Shown here: positions 24,359 to 37,793 of the stretch, in pieces
Numbering within the stretch: position 1 is the stretch's first letter
Layout: every line of letters starts with the position of its first letter
Assembly: GCF_947568905.1 (NCBI RefSeq)
Contig: NC_079164.1
Span: forward strand, 59,892,001 to 59,956,000
Length of the DNA stretch: 64,000 nucleotides
Reading direction: 5' to 3'
Source: Ostrea edulis
Lineage: Eukaryota
The notes under the pieces: generated by a model
The model's input: only the letters and a program-made list of their open reading frames with translations
What the model was told of the DNA's origin: nothing
Databases searched by the model: none
Translations under genes and position numbers: made by a program

Positions 24359-24741
24359 CTATCAAAAGTTTGAGATAAGAGTCAGGAAAATCTTAGAACT
24401 TCCATAATAATACCAATCATGATATAGTTTAACAAATAGAAATGAAAACAAAATTGACTTGGATGAGGCTGATTTGATATATTCACCATCTCAACCCAAC
24501 AAAATCTAGATTATTTTACAAGCATTGCAGGAAAAAACACTTTAAAAAAACAACAACTTAAAAAATTTCTAAATCCTGTAATCATATTGTTAAGAGAGCA
24601 TGCCCTTGGTCAATACATGTATATGTTTTTACTGTTACATGTTGTTTGGCAATATTAAGAAGAATCCATGGCTGGTTGTGGTAAAGCGTTGTGCATGAGG
24701 TTAGCTGAGCGTTTGCTTTGTAATTCAGAGGTATGGGTATT

Positions 24742-25880
24742 TTATGGCAAGCCCTTTTACTATTTATTTGATAAATAAGATATCTCTTTAAATAAGAGAG
24801 ATATCTTTTTATACTAGAGAGATATCTCTTTAACCAAAAGAGATATCTGTTTGACTAAAAAAGACATCTCTTTAAACAAAAGAGATATCTTAATTTTATG
24901 TTGGGGAGATATCTCTTTCTCTTTGAGAGATATCTCTTAAAGCTAGAGAGATTCTCTCTAACTTAAAGAGATATCTCTCTAGCATAAAGAGATATCTCTC
25001 TATCAATGTAAAAAGAGATATCTCTTTAAGTTAGAGAGATATCTCTTTAAATTTTCAAAAAGAGATATCTCTTTAACTTAAAGAGATATCTATTTAAATT
25101 TTTCCCCAGGTGATCATAATGACTTTTCCCTGTTGCATCGCCATTAATATGATGTAACCCTATTTTTTAACCAATCAAAATACTTCTAGTGTAAAAATGG
25201 CGGAAAAGGTTGAAGAGATGTTTGGGGTAACATTATCAAGTTACTGAGAGGTTAAATCCAGTCTAGCTTACATATTTCTTTGTTTTTTTTGTTACCAGTA
25301 TACACTTCACATGCAGTAAACACAAAATCTTCCCCCAGGATTGCAGCCACCATGCTAAGATTTGCTTTGGATTCCTTAAGTATTCAAACTAATAAAGATA
25401 TTGGAAAGAGATCTCTCTTTTTCTTTGAGAGATATCTCTTTTTCAACAATTAAAGAGATATCTCTTATACTTTGAGAGATATCTCTCTAGGATTTCTTAG
25501 AGTCTCAGATATCTCTTTAAGTGAAGGAAATATCTCTCAAAGTAAAAGAGATATCTCTCAGAGTAAGAGAGATATCTCTTTAAGTGAGAGATATCTCTCT
25601 AATTGAAAGAGATATCTCTTAAAGTATGAGAGATATCTCTCTATTAAGTGAAAGAGATATCTGTGAAAGAGATATCTCTCTAAGTGTAAGATATATCTCT
25701 AAAAGTAAAAGAGATATCTCTCTAGGTGAAAAAGATATCTCTCTAAGTGAAAGAGATATCTCTTTTTTAGAGAAATATCTCTTAAAATTAAGAGATATCT
25801 CTTTAAAATAAGAGATATCTCTTTAATCTAAAGAGATATCTTATTTTTCGAATAAAGAGTGAAAGGGCTTAATTGCCATA
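24742..25880. mobile_element. Non-autonomous foldback DNA transposon, IS3EU-like, with agagatatctct arrays
   Basis: TIR tatggca..agccctt(t)tact / agtgaaagggctt..tgccata, with flanking direct repeat gtatt(t). Both arms are arrays of the palindrome agagatatctct around a unique core. Confidence 0.75.
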
Positions 25881-27189
25881 GTATTTACATTCTTGATCCT
25901 GGTACAGCGTCAAACCTGACATAAGGATTGACTGCTCGATCCTAATAGTCGGCATTAGAAACAAAAGTAAGGCCTATATCAGATTTGACCATAATGACAG
26001 AGTTCCTGTGTTACTGTATGACAAAGAGCCCTCACTGCTACAGTATTGCACATCATGCATAGGTCAAAAGGTCAAAGTTTGTGGCACCTCATCTAAAGCT
26101 GGTGATGTGGCTAATATTCTCAAATGGGAAATAAAACAATTAACAAACAATCAAACAAGTCCAGTTCACACATCAAAATGTGGTGGTGGTGGTGGTGGTG
26201 GTGGTGGGGGGGGGGGGTAATTGTTCAACTTCCCTAGGCCATCACACACTGTGCACATGAATATATTGTGTAAGACTTTGGTGTGGGCCTCCAAACAATA
26301 TATTCCTAAATTCAAAAACAAAGAGAGCTTATTTCAAATTATGAGCACTATATATATAAACAGATATGTTTGTTTTATACAATGATATGAAAAGAGTACA
26401 TTCTGCACTTTGATTTTGGTGCAGTTTCAGCAGTATAATCCAACTGTTTATGGTGTCATGACCAGGATTTCTACTGTTTCAAGATTCACATGCACTCAAC
26501 CACCACTTGTAAGTTATTGAATATAAGTTAATATACCACATGGTGATTTAAATCTTATCACTATTCATTTTGATGACAGGATCTAATTTGACAACACATG
26601 CATTTTATGAATTTAATTTTCAGCTAATTTTGAAAGAAATGCAATTAACAGTTCTACTTATAAGCTTACCCAAGAATAAAAAATAAGGAAAAGGTGATTG
26701 TTTACAGGAAATTCTACATATTGATTGTAAATAATTTGTTTTTCATGTTTGGGTCTAATAGTAACATAAAAATATCACTTTTCTTATAGGATCTACAAAA
26801 CCAAGAAGATTTTTTCATAATAATGAGAGATACAGAATACATATATTGCATTCCCCCTTCCCACCCCAAACAATCAATCTATTAAAACAAATTATCCTGT
26901 TTTACCATTAAGCAAAATTTGCAATTTTACAAATCAGTGTAAATAAGTAAAAATGATAGTAAACTATGCACATAGATCACATCGATCATTTCTTTTTTCT
27001 CTCTCTGGATTGTAAAGCTCATTTGCAAAAAAGGATTAGTCTGTTTATGATTCCTAAAAGATCAGATGAAATAGAATGCAGTCATAGGCTGAGAGTAAAT
27101 AAAATACATATGGAGCTGTCAAGAGCTCTTGCATATTGAATGGCAATTCTGAAATTCTCTGTATAGATAGAGATAGAAAAAAAAATTAC

Positions 27190-27241
27190 CTTGCTCTCGT
27201 AAGTGAGTGAACTTCGGGTTGGCCATTAGATTTCCGAACAT
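27190..27241 (-). CDS. SEPT5: Candidate alternative first coding exon: MFGNLMANPKFTHLREQ
   Basis: CpG-containing, ATG-initiated, ends CAA G|gtaatt (phase 1), joining the exon at 24358 in frame (G+AA = Glu). Confidence 0.45.
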
Positions 27242-28000
27242 TGCGGGTTCTAAAAATTTATTTCCCTTTATAAATGGATGATCAAACTTCCTGTTAATAT
27301 ACAAACAGAAATAACTTAATATTTCCTCAATTGTTAAAATCAATAGCCAGGAGGAAATTAAGAACAATAAGTACTTGCAGAAAACAATCAAAACTTTTAA
27401 GTCTCATTCACAAAACTTTTTCATGGTCAGTCACACAGTAACTTTATCTTCATAATTCTTTAAAACTCTATACAATGTACTTTGAAATTCACTGAAAGCA
27501 CCCAAGAAAAACTATACAGTATAATTAACTCAATACTGTATCCTAGCTGCCTTCTCGAAAACACAATTCACTTACAAAAAATATAGTACATGTTTTCCCT
27601 TTGCACAATGTATATATCTTCCTTATAATTCTAAATGAGTGATATAATATTACAAAACATGTACCCATACATTGCTCAGACTGAATCCAGATCACTCAAA
27701 TGCATGCATGGATTATTAAGTTTGATTAACAGAATGCTTCATCTGAGTGACACAGATCCCAGAATTTTTATATGTAGCTCACATTGCAACATGTCCATGT
27801 ATTTAGTTTTATTTCTGATGCTATAAATTTTCTCCTTACTTAAATTGTGGATGCACCTTAAAACATATAAGACATGCAAAGTGCAGAAAAAAGGTGTCAA
27901 TGTGCTGATCTCACATCCTGACTACCTCAATGTGCTGATCTCACATCCTGACTACCTCAATGTCAGCCGAGCTTCCATTTGTTCAGCACCAAACTGAAAT

Positions 28001-28038
<38 letters not shown>

Positions 28039-28814
28039 AAAAAAGGCTTGCTGAATGTTATCTGTGTCTAATTGTTGGGATGTTTTCTATTTCTTTGGCT
28101 CCAATGTTTCATAGACATAATCTGTGTTATATTGTGGATGGGTTCCTTCACACCTGCATACAACACATCTAATGTAGTGCCCGGAGTTACAAGTATATAC
28201 ACTGTCTGTTTAAAAACAATCTGAGGCAATTCTCCAAATTACCTCTAATGCATCCTGGAAAAATTAACTGATATTGCTAATGACGCACAGTTCCTGGACA
28301 AACATCAATATACTCAAAGCTTTAAATGGATGACCAATGTAAATGTTAAATCATTTTGATATTTTAAGGATCTATAGTGACTAATGCTGCAAGGTTTGAG
28401 ATTTTAAGGTCGCATCTTAGGGACCCCAGACTTCACTTTTAAATTCAGGTATGCTGCAATGTAAACAGGAATCTGATTGGTTCAAACTCTTACTTAAACA
28501 TAATCACAAATGGACATCAGACCTAAGCAATGCAGCATATGGCAAACTTATTTGTATTTCCTTGAAGAACATATAAAAAGAAACATTACTTTAAAATGTG
28601 TACACATTCGATACATTCTACTTCCTGAAAATCAGGAAGATATCTTCACTGCATTAAACATGCAGCACATATGTATAAACACCACATATATGTGTACAAA
28701 CACCATACCAGTATGTACAAACACAACACTGAGAATTGATTCATCTGAACACGTCTAGAAGAGGGTCAATAACTATGATACTAACCAGGAACTAGTGTCT
28801 TCCAGTACTGTTCT

Positions 28815-31370
28815 ATATGATCAGCTGGTACAGTGGTAACTGTTGTATACAACCAGCTGGTACAATAATAACTGTTGTATACAATCAGCTGGTACAATAA
28901 TAACTGTTGTATACAATCAGCTGGTACAGTGATAACTGTTGTATACAATCAGCTGGTACAATAATAACTGTTGTATATAATCAGCTGGTACAATGATAAC
29001 TGTTGTATACAATCAGCTGATACAATGATAACTGTTGTATTACAATCAGCTGGTACAGTGATAACTGTTGTATACTATCAGCTGATACAATGATAACTGT
29101 TGTATACAATCAGCTGGTACAATAATAACTGTTGTATACAATCAGCTGGTACAGTGATAACTGTTGTATACAATCAGCTGGTACAATAATAACTGTTGTA
29201 TACAATCAGCTGGTACAGTGATAACTGTTGTATACAATCAGCTGATACAATGATAACTGTTGTATTACAATCAGCTGGTACAGTGATAACTGTTGTATAC
29301 TATCAGCTGATACAATGATAACTGTTGTATTACAATCAGCTGGTACAATAATAACTGTTGTATACAGTCAGCTGGTACAATGATAAATGTTGTATTACAA
29401 TCAGCTGGTACAATAATAAATGTTGCATACAATCAGCTGATACAATGATAACTGTTGTATTACAATCAGCTGGTACAGTGATAACTGATGTATTACAATC
29501 AGCTGGTACAGTGATAACAGTTGTGTACAATTTAGCTGGTATAATGATAACTGTTGTATACAATCAGCTGGTACAATGATAACTGTTGTATACAATCAGC
29601 TGGTACAGTGATAACTGTTGTATACAATCAGCTAGTACAATGATAACTGTTGTATACAATCAGCTGGTACAATAATAACTGTTGTATACAATCAGCTGGT
29701 ACAGTGATAACTGTTATATACAATCAGCTGGTACAATAATTACTGTTATATACAATCAGCTTGTACAGTAATAACTGTTGTATACAATCAGCTGGTACAA
29801 TGATAACTGTTGTATACAATCAGCTGGTACAATAATTACTGTTGTATACAATCAGCTGGTACAGTAATAACTGTTGTATACAATCAGCTGGTACAATGAT
29901 AACTGTTGTATACAATCAGTTGGTACAGTAATAACTGCTGTATACAATCAGCTGGTACAATGATAACTGTTGTATTACAATCAGCTGGTACAGTGATAAC
30001 TGTTGTATACTATCAGCTGCTACAATGATAAATGTTGCATACAATCAGCTGATACAATGATAACTGTTGTATTACAATCAGCTGGTACAGTGATAACAGT
30101 TGTGTACAATTTAGCTGGTACAATGATAACTGTTGTATTACAATCAGCTGGTACAGTGATAACTGTTGTATTACAATCAGCTGGTACAATGATAACTGTT
30201 GTATACAATCAGCTGGTACAGTAATAACTGTTGTATACAATCAGCTGGTACAATGATAAATGTTGTATACAATCAGCTGGTACAATGATAAATGTTGTAT
30301 ACAATCAGCTGGTACAGTGATAACTGTTGTATAAAATCAGCTGGTGTGTACAATCAGCTGGTACAGTGATAACAGTTGTGTACAATCAGCTGGTACAATG
30401 ATAACTGCTGTATACAATTAGCTGGTACAATGATAACTGTTGTATACAATCAGCTGGTACAGTGATAACTGTTGTATACAATCAGCTGGTACAGTGATAA
30501 CTGTTGTATACAATCAGCTGGTACAATGATAACTGTTTTATTACAATCAGCTGGTACAATGATAATTGTTGTATACAATCAGCTGGTACAATAATCACTG
30601 TTGTATTACAATCAGCTGGTACAATAATAACTGTTTTATTACAATCAGCTAATACAGTGATAACTGTTGTATACAATCAGCTGGTACAGTGATAACTGTT
30701 GTATACAATCAGCTGGTACAGTGATAACTGTTGTATACAATCAGCTGGTACAATGATAATTGTTGTATACAATCAGTTGGTACAATAATAACTTGTATTA
30801 CAATCAGCTGGTACAATGATAACTGTTTTATTACAATCAGCTGGTACAATGATAACTGTTGTATACAATCAGCTGGTACAATGATAACTGTTGTATACAA
30901 TCAGCTGGTACAGTGATAACTGTTGTATACAATCAGCTGGTACAGTAATAACTGTTGTATACAATCAGCTGGTACAATGATAACTGTTGTATACAATCAG
31001 CTGGTACAATGATAACTGTTGTATACAATCAGCTGGTACAATGATAACTGTTGTATACAATCAGCTGGTACAGTGATAACTGTTGTATACAATCAGCTGG
31101 TACAATGATAACTGTTGTATACAATCAGCTGGTACAATAATAACTGTTGTATACAATCAGCTTGTACAGTAATAACTGTTGTATACAATCAGCTGGTACA
31201 ATGACAACTGTTTTATTACAATCAGCTGGTACAATAATAACTGTTTGATTACAATCAGCTAGTACAGTGATAACTGTTGTATACAATCAGCTGGTACAAT
31301 GATAACTGTTGTAGACAATCAGCAGGTACAATGATAACTATTCTATACAATCAGCTGGTACAGTACTTAA
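28815..31370. repeat. 32/33-bp minisatellite (about 80 copies)
   Basis: Unit aatcagctggtaca(a/g)tgataactgttgtat(t)ac. Source of the ORFs at 29336-30916. Confidence 0.96.
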
Positions 31371-32717
31371 TGTAGTTAAACGACACAAGAACAGGAAATA
31401 TTCTTGCCAACTGCTTTTCATGTACTGCACTGAATTTAAATATGCCAAAAGGAAGTTTGTTTTAGCCAGAGAATATATTACAGGGCAAACATTGAGCCTA
31501 GAGGTGAAACTTACCAACACAAGACCCCCTCCATCATGTACCAATGTAGGGTTTGCTCTGATCTAGAGAGATTATGTGCTGTTGACATCTGATGATGTAC
31601 TTTGCTCTGAACACAACTAAAACACCAAAGTACATGATCTCCAGGGACCCAGGATCTGATATTTACCCATCTGGCATTGGGAAACTCCAAATCTACTCTA
31701 GCATTATATCTTTGTAATTCTCTCAGTTTTAAATCACTACATCCTGTTACATATGCAGTATACCAATAATTCATTAATGAACAAAAGCTGTCAGAAGTAA
31801 GAATGCAAGCAGACTCTTCAAATAACTTAATGACAGTGAGTTCACACAAATCGTAAGAGAATCGTATATCTTATTTCATGGATTTTATGAAGTTATAATG
31901 AGAATCCATGCAACGTACCCTGAACCTGATTATATTAACATCCTGATCATTCATTTGAAAATTATAGGCCTGGTGTTAGCATCAGAATCATTCCCAAAAG
32001 CTGGTGTGCATCTGTAGATGGTTGATTTAGATATACAACTGTGCTATAGTAAAATTTCTTTTCAAGAGTTTAAATTTTTATCTACCAAATTATTAAATGA
32101 AGATGAAATAAATTGCTATCTACTAATTGTAACACAGCTAATCAAAATAACAATATCAATATTAAAATCATTGCAAGTTGAATTATTATATCAATTAAAA
32201 GAAATTCCTAAAGTAGAAATTTCTACTCCAGCTCTGTTTGGATCCGTCCCATTTTTATAATTGATGTCTGAAGTCTTCATGTTCATATTGCAATTGCAAT
32301 GAATATCCTTAATTATATCACCCACAGAATAATTAAAACAAACTGAAAGCAATATTAGAGTTATATCTTTATCAAATATTTCTCCCTCAAAAACCTATAC
32401 CTCATCAGAAGGGATCCCTCAAAACATCACTAAAACAGCTTTGTAAAAATAAAGGTAGTTGACACAATTTCACTTATATTTTAAAATTTCCATAAAAGAT
32501 AAGGAAAAATCAAAATTCATGCATGCAAAGCTTAAATTTGTGTGAAATAATATGCATATATGGCCCTAGCTTGTAAACTTAGCTGTGAGAGTATGCTCCC
32601 TGTGTCAAGGTTAATTTCACATAAGGTGCAAAATTCTTCCAAAAATGGGTGAACTGGCTTTAAAAAAATTATAGCATTAAATTAAGTCCATGAAAATCAG
32701 AGCAGAAAGCCTGAACA

Positions 32718-32845
32718 TCCATACAGACAAATGGACACACAGACAAATGTACACACATCCATACAGACAAATGAACACACAGACAAATGTACACACATCC
32801 ATACAGACAAATGAACACACAGACATATGGACAAACAAACATACA
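32718..32845. repeat. About 44-bp tandem repeat (3 copies)
   Basis: catccatacagacaaatg(g/a)acacacagacaaatgtacaca. Confidence 0.85.
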
Positions 32846-34010
32846 TACATCATTGTACTCTATGATAATTCATCCTGTCCAAAGATAAGACTATATAATA
32901 AGAAAAGAGAGTGTAGTTTATATACCTATACTGGAGTCTGTAGGAAGTATATATATATATACCTATACTGGAGTCTGTAGGGAGTCCAGTAGTTGCATGT
33001 CCTGTTTCTATCTGGCAAGGACTGATCAGATGAAGGGATACTTAATGGTCAGATTGTCAGAGAGTTCATTAACACCAAACACCTGAACAAATGTCACTTA
33101 ATTAATCAACTCAGAAAAAATGCACAAGCATGCACTGCATGAGTCACTAAGCGTACAAGCCCCAGGAATTGTATCCAGAATCTCGTCAACTGACATCAAT
33201 GAATTAATCTCAGGTGGCTATCGGCTGTGTAATGTTAATCTTCTGTAAACAGACTTGGAATATACTACATCAGGTGGAAATGGAGATGGCAATTGTTAAT
33301 TATAGTTAAAATGCTAACATAGAGCAGAAAGGAAGAGTTATACGAGATTCTTAAGATGTCTGTAAAACTTTACATGAATTATTGTCCTGCTGTACATCAC
33401 AAATCATTCTTCAAAAACTTATACCAAGAAATCAGATCAGAGATTAACATGGAACAAATCATTAAACAGTAAAAAAAAAAAACCATTTGTATCTATATAC
33501 AGCCATTAATTTTTGAAAAATGCTCTGGCCTTACCTGAATCTATGAATCAATTATCTACAGCTTCCACAAGGCATTAGACCTAGACTAGGAAGAGAGTAT
33601 CTGCTTCCCAACTGATTATAATGCATAAAAAACTTTTAAACGTCTTACAGATTTCCTTTTCATTAATTCATTACTGGTTACTGTTTTATGGCAGTAATTA
33701 TACAGAGGCTGACAAAAGCTGAAGGTTATCAGATTTATCTATCTGCAGATCTACAGCTTACCTCCAAAGTCAACTCTGTTCCTCTACAGCCAAGCTAATC
33801 ACCTTAACATAACAAAGTAGTCAATCACACACACACACACACAAAAACATCCAAGGAATTATGAATCGCTTGCTTAGACCAAAGCTAGGTGATTTGTGCT
33901 GAACTGAAATATCTTGTTTTTCACTTTATATATATTTTTAATATTTTTTTTTTGAATACCTCCTTTAATTACCATAATGAATGTGCTATTGTATAAGTAA
34001 CAGTGCTTAC

Positions 34011-34026
34011 CTGTCATTATCAGCAT
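34011..34026 (-). CDS. SEPT5: Candidate alternative first coding exon: MLIMT (phase 1)
   Basis: ATG CTG ATA ATG ACA G|gtaagc with a strong donor; upstream acceptor-like ttttgtag at 34064-34066. In frame with the exon at 24358. Confidence 0.35.
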
Positions 34027-34634
34027 CACCCCTGTAATTCGTTGTCCCTTCTTTATGCCCCTCCTACAAAATACAAAGCCCCACTGTCAGGGTTCTGGTC
34101 ATGTTTATCATGGAGATGGCATGGCCAACCTCTGATCATACACCTTCTTCTGCAAAGTCACACAAGGCAGACAGTGTTCTGCTTCAATAACATGTGACAA
34201 CTGCCATTTGAATACAATTACAATGAATACTAAATCAAATTAGATTGTAGAGGGGATTAAATTTACAGATTTTATTCACCATGACGTTCCCATGTAATTT
34301 TGGCATTATGGAATTATATACCTTAGTACCCTGATATAACAGCCCCATTTTCGCAGTTATGAACACACAAGAAAAACAAAATTGATGTACGGGTATATGG
34401 TACAATCTTTTTTTAATTAGTTATAATTGCAAGCATATATCATGAAAGTTTGAGAAAATTGTAGATCTAGCTTAATTTCCAAATACCATTATAAGTTTAT
34501 GTGATTTGCTACGTACGACACTTATACTTTTTGAAAATCAAATACTTGAAGGGCCTGAGAGTATGACTCACATTTCATTGTGAACTGGAATAGGTATATG
34601 ATTTTCAAGGAGCAATTAAGATACATAAAGTAGT

Positions 34635-34976
34635 AATCAAGGATGAAGAACATTGTGTGTGTGTGGTGTGTGTGTGTGTGCATGTGTGGATGAAGATTAA
34701 CATTGTGTGTGTGTGTGTGGATGAAGAACATTGTGTGTGTGTGTGTGGATGAAGAACATTGTGTGTGGTGTGTGTGTGTGTGAGCGTGTGTGGATGAAGA
34801 ACATTGTGTGTGCGTGTGTGGATGAAGAACATTGTGTGTGCGTGTGTGGATGAAGAACATTGTGTGTGCGTGTGTGGATGAAGAACATTGTGTGTGCGTG
34901 TGTGGATGAAGAACATTGTGTGTGCGTGTGTGGATGAAGAACATTGTGTGTGTGTGTGTGGATGAAAAACATTGTG

Positions 34977-35007
<31 letters not shown>

Positions 35008-35115
35008 TGTGTGTGAGCGTGTGTGGATGAAGAACATTGTGTGTGCGTGTGTGGATGAAGAACATTGTGTGTGTGTGTGTGGATGAAGAACATTGTGTGT
35101 GTGAGCGTGTGTGCA
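34635..35115. repeat. Compound (GT)n / ggatgaagaacatt minisatellite
   Basis: ggatgaagaacattgtgtgtg(c/t)gtgtgt repeated about 15 times with variable GT tract; explains the His/Thr-rich ORFs. Confidence 0.95.
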
Positions 35116-35533
35116 TGCTTCTTTTGCAGGATTTATACTTTAATGCATCATGCCTTTGTAAAGTGACTATACATCAACTAAGTCATGACCACAGCCAAAA
35201 TTTAAATTACATATCCAACATGGATGTAAAGAGTTCTGCTAAACAATCCGTGATGTACAATTAATGCTAAGAATTGGAGGACAATCATTATGTAGTCATA
35301 TAGTACTTTATATCACAACAGAAAACCCTCAAATAAGTACCACAGTGTGGTTGTAAGAAGAGTCTATCAACAAAAAAAGTTTAGCAAACCAATACCTTAA
35401 TTGAGCTTAATGTTACAATGACTATACAGTTGACATCTGTAAGAAACATTGTTGTTTTTACTGTACTGACTCTCAATGTATATTCTTAGAGAATTTATTC
35501 AGCAACTAGTCATAAAATGCCACTATTAAAACA

Positions 35534-36240
35534 AACAAGAAATGTTTGTCAAACATATATCCCTATGTGGTGAAAAATTGAAAAGGCCGGGTTATACACA
35601 TGCATCATTTAATTGATAATAATACCAAACCAATTCAACAGACAGTATCTTCCTGTCCAGAGTGGTCTGACCCTTGGCCTTTGACCATGTGACCTAAAAA
35701 TAAATAGGGTGTACCAGTGTACCAAGTTTGGTGTCAATCAAGCAACTGATTCTTGAAATATAGAAGACAATATATTATCATGTCCAGTTTGACTCTTGAC
35801 CATGTGCCCAAAATTAATAGGGGTCATTTATTCCTTATGATGTACCAGTGTTCCAATTATGACATCTGTTAAGCAAAGGGTTCTCAAGATATTTATAGCA
35901 GACAGTATATTCCTATATCTAGTTTGACCCTTGACCTTTAACCATGTGAACTCAAAATCAATAGAAGTCCTCTACCCCTTAGGATGTACCAGTGTACCAA
36001 GTTTGATGTCTGTCAAGCAAAGGGTTCTCAAGATATTGAGCAGACAGTATATTCCTATATCCAATTTGACCCTTAACCTTTAACCATGTGACCTTAGAAT
36101 CAATAGGGGCCATCTACTGCTTACATTGTACCAGTGTACCAAGTTTGATGTCTGTCAAGCAAAGGGTTCTCAAGATATTGAGTGGACAGTATCTTCCCAT
36201 ATTTAGAGTGGATCGATTGTCCCTTGACCGTTTGACTTAG
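35534..36240. mobile_element. Degenerate non-autonomous Helitron/Helentron-type element
   Basis: Starts aacaagaaatgtttg; internal repeats ccagtgtaccaagtttgatgtctgtcaagcaaagggttctcaagatattga. Confidence 0.5.
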
Positions 36241-37034
36241 CTGAAATAAGGCTCCGGTTCTTCTCATTGCCTACCATAAGGTTCACTATTTCAGATAAAA
36301 GGAATTTATTCATGGGTTCTCTTCTACTCATAATCAACCAACATAATATGAAATATCATAACCATCGCACTAACACTTGTTTCATGTTTAAGGATGAATC
36401 TATTTTCCTTAGTCGATATATTTATACATACGTACGTCAAATGTTTGATAAACAAGTACAATCACCTGTGACACATAATTTGCATACATCATGTATACAT
36501 TTAGTTCTTTAATCGTATTGAGAGGACTCATTTAAATTACATTGTTATGAGAATGTCAACATATGATGTCTTCAAAACTTAATGGAGCTGTTCAAAAAAG
36601 CAAATCAAACTTTTGAAGATCTTTATGTGCAGGATTTATTTGCTGTCTGCATGGGTAAGAATAAACAGAAAGTTTGTGAGCCGCTGAAAATCCGCTTTTA
36701 AAAGACACAGGTGACTGTGAGCAAGAAGCATCTCGCTTTGTGAGTCAACTCAAAAATGATGAGAATGAAAACTATGCTTTTATAAGTAAAATGAATACTA
36801 TTTACCATATGGAATGTAAATTATTCCCATGATTTCTTAATTTTAAAAGTCCAAAAAGGTGGGGGAAATTTATTTAGTAATATAGGGAGGGGTATTTGAA
36901 CATCATAGAAAATTTTCAAGTCCCTTACTTTTTTCACAAATTTATTAACTTTTAACAGCCAAAAATATATATCTACCCATGCATCAATATTTTGTTTGAT
37001 TATGTCTTCTATCTACTGTTATTGCACACTCCAG

Positions 37035-37215
37035 TTCTTCTCACTGCCTACCACAAAGCTCACTATTTCTCACTGCCTACCACAAGGCTCACTATTTCTC
37101 ACTGCCTACCACAAGGCTCACTATTTCTCACTGTCTACCACAAGGCTAACTATTTCTCACTGCCTACCACAAGGCTCTCTATTTCTCACTGCCTACCACA
37201 AGGCTCACTATTTCA
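37035..37215. repeat. 29-bp tandem repeat (6 copies)
   Basis: Unit tcactgcctaccacaaggctcactatttc. Confidence 0.92.
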
Positions 37216-37559
37216 GATACAAGGAATTAATCCAAAAATATGTATCAACCCATGCATCATTTTTTTGGGTACAAATTAGCGTCCTTAAGAGAGTCCACTT
37301 AAAGTTCAGCCTCATTACAGTTTTGTCATAATCAAATTAAGGGACATAGAAATACATGTTAATGCAGTACATTTCCTCTTACATCAAATAGTGGTGTGGT
37401 ACGTATCGTGGATAGTATTGACACTATAAGAGAACTGCTAAATAGTCTTCCAAGTGCTTGGCATCCGTCAAAGTTTGTGGCACTTGACCTGCAGCTGGTA
37501 ATTTCTATGTGTGATTATCAGAGGGATACAATCCTCAAAACATCCAAAACAAAAACCAA

Positions 37560-37745
37560 ATGTGACATCACACTAAAATCGGTTCTATATAGTCTAATGT
37601 GACATCACATTAAAATCGCTTCTATGTAGTCTAATATGACATCACACTAAAATCACTTCTATATAGTCTAATATGACATCACATTAAAATCGCTTCTATG
37701 TAGTCTAATATGACAGCACACTAAAATCGCTTCTATGTAGTCCAG
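37560..37745. repeat. 37-bp tandem repeat (5 copies)
   Basis: Unit t(g/a)tgacatcaca(c/t)taaaatcg(g/c)ttctat(a/g)tagtctaa. Confidence 0.92.
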
Positions 37746-37793
37746 AGCAAGTTTATTTCTACTTTAACAAGTAAAGTCTGTAATACTAAAACT

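Noticed and set aside
31511-31849. 112-aa minus-strand ORF ending at a TG|gtaagt donor
   Set aside because: No recognisable homology, the phase fits no downstream exon found, and a few ORFs of this length are expected by chance in 64 kb.
33520-33780. Two donor-like sites (CAG|gtaagg, GAG|gtaagc)
   Set aside because: No in-frame ATG or acceptor; possibly UTR exons but unsupported.
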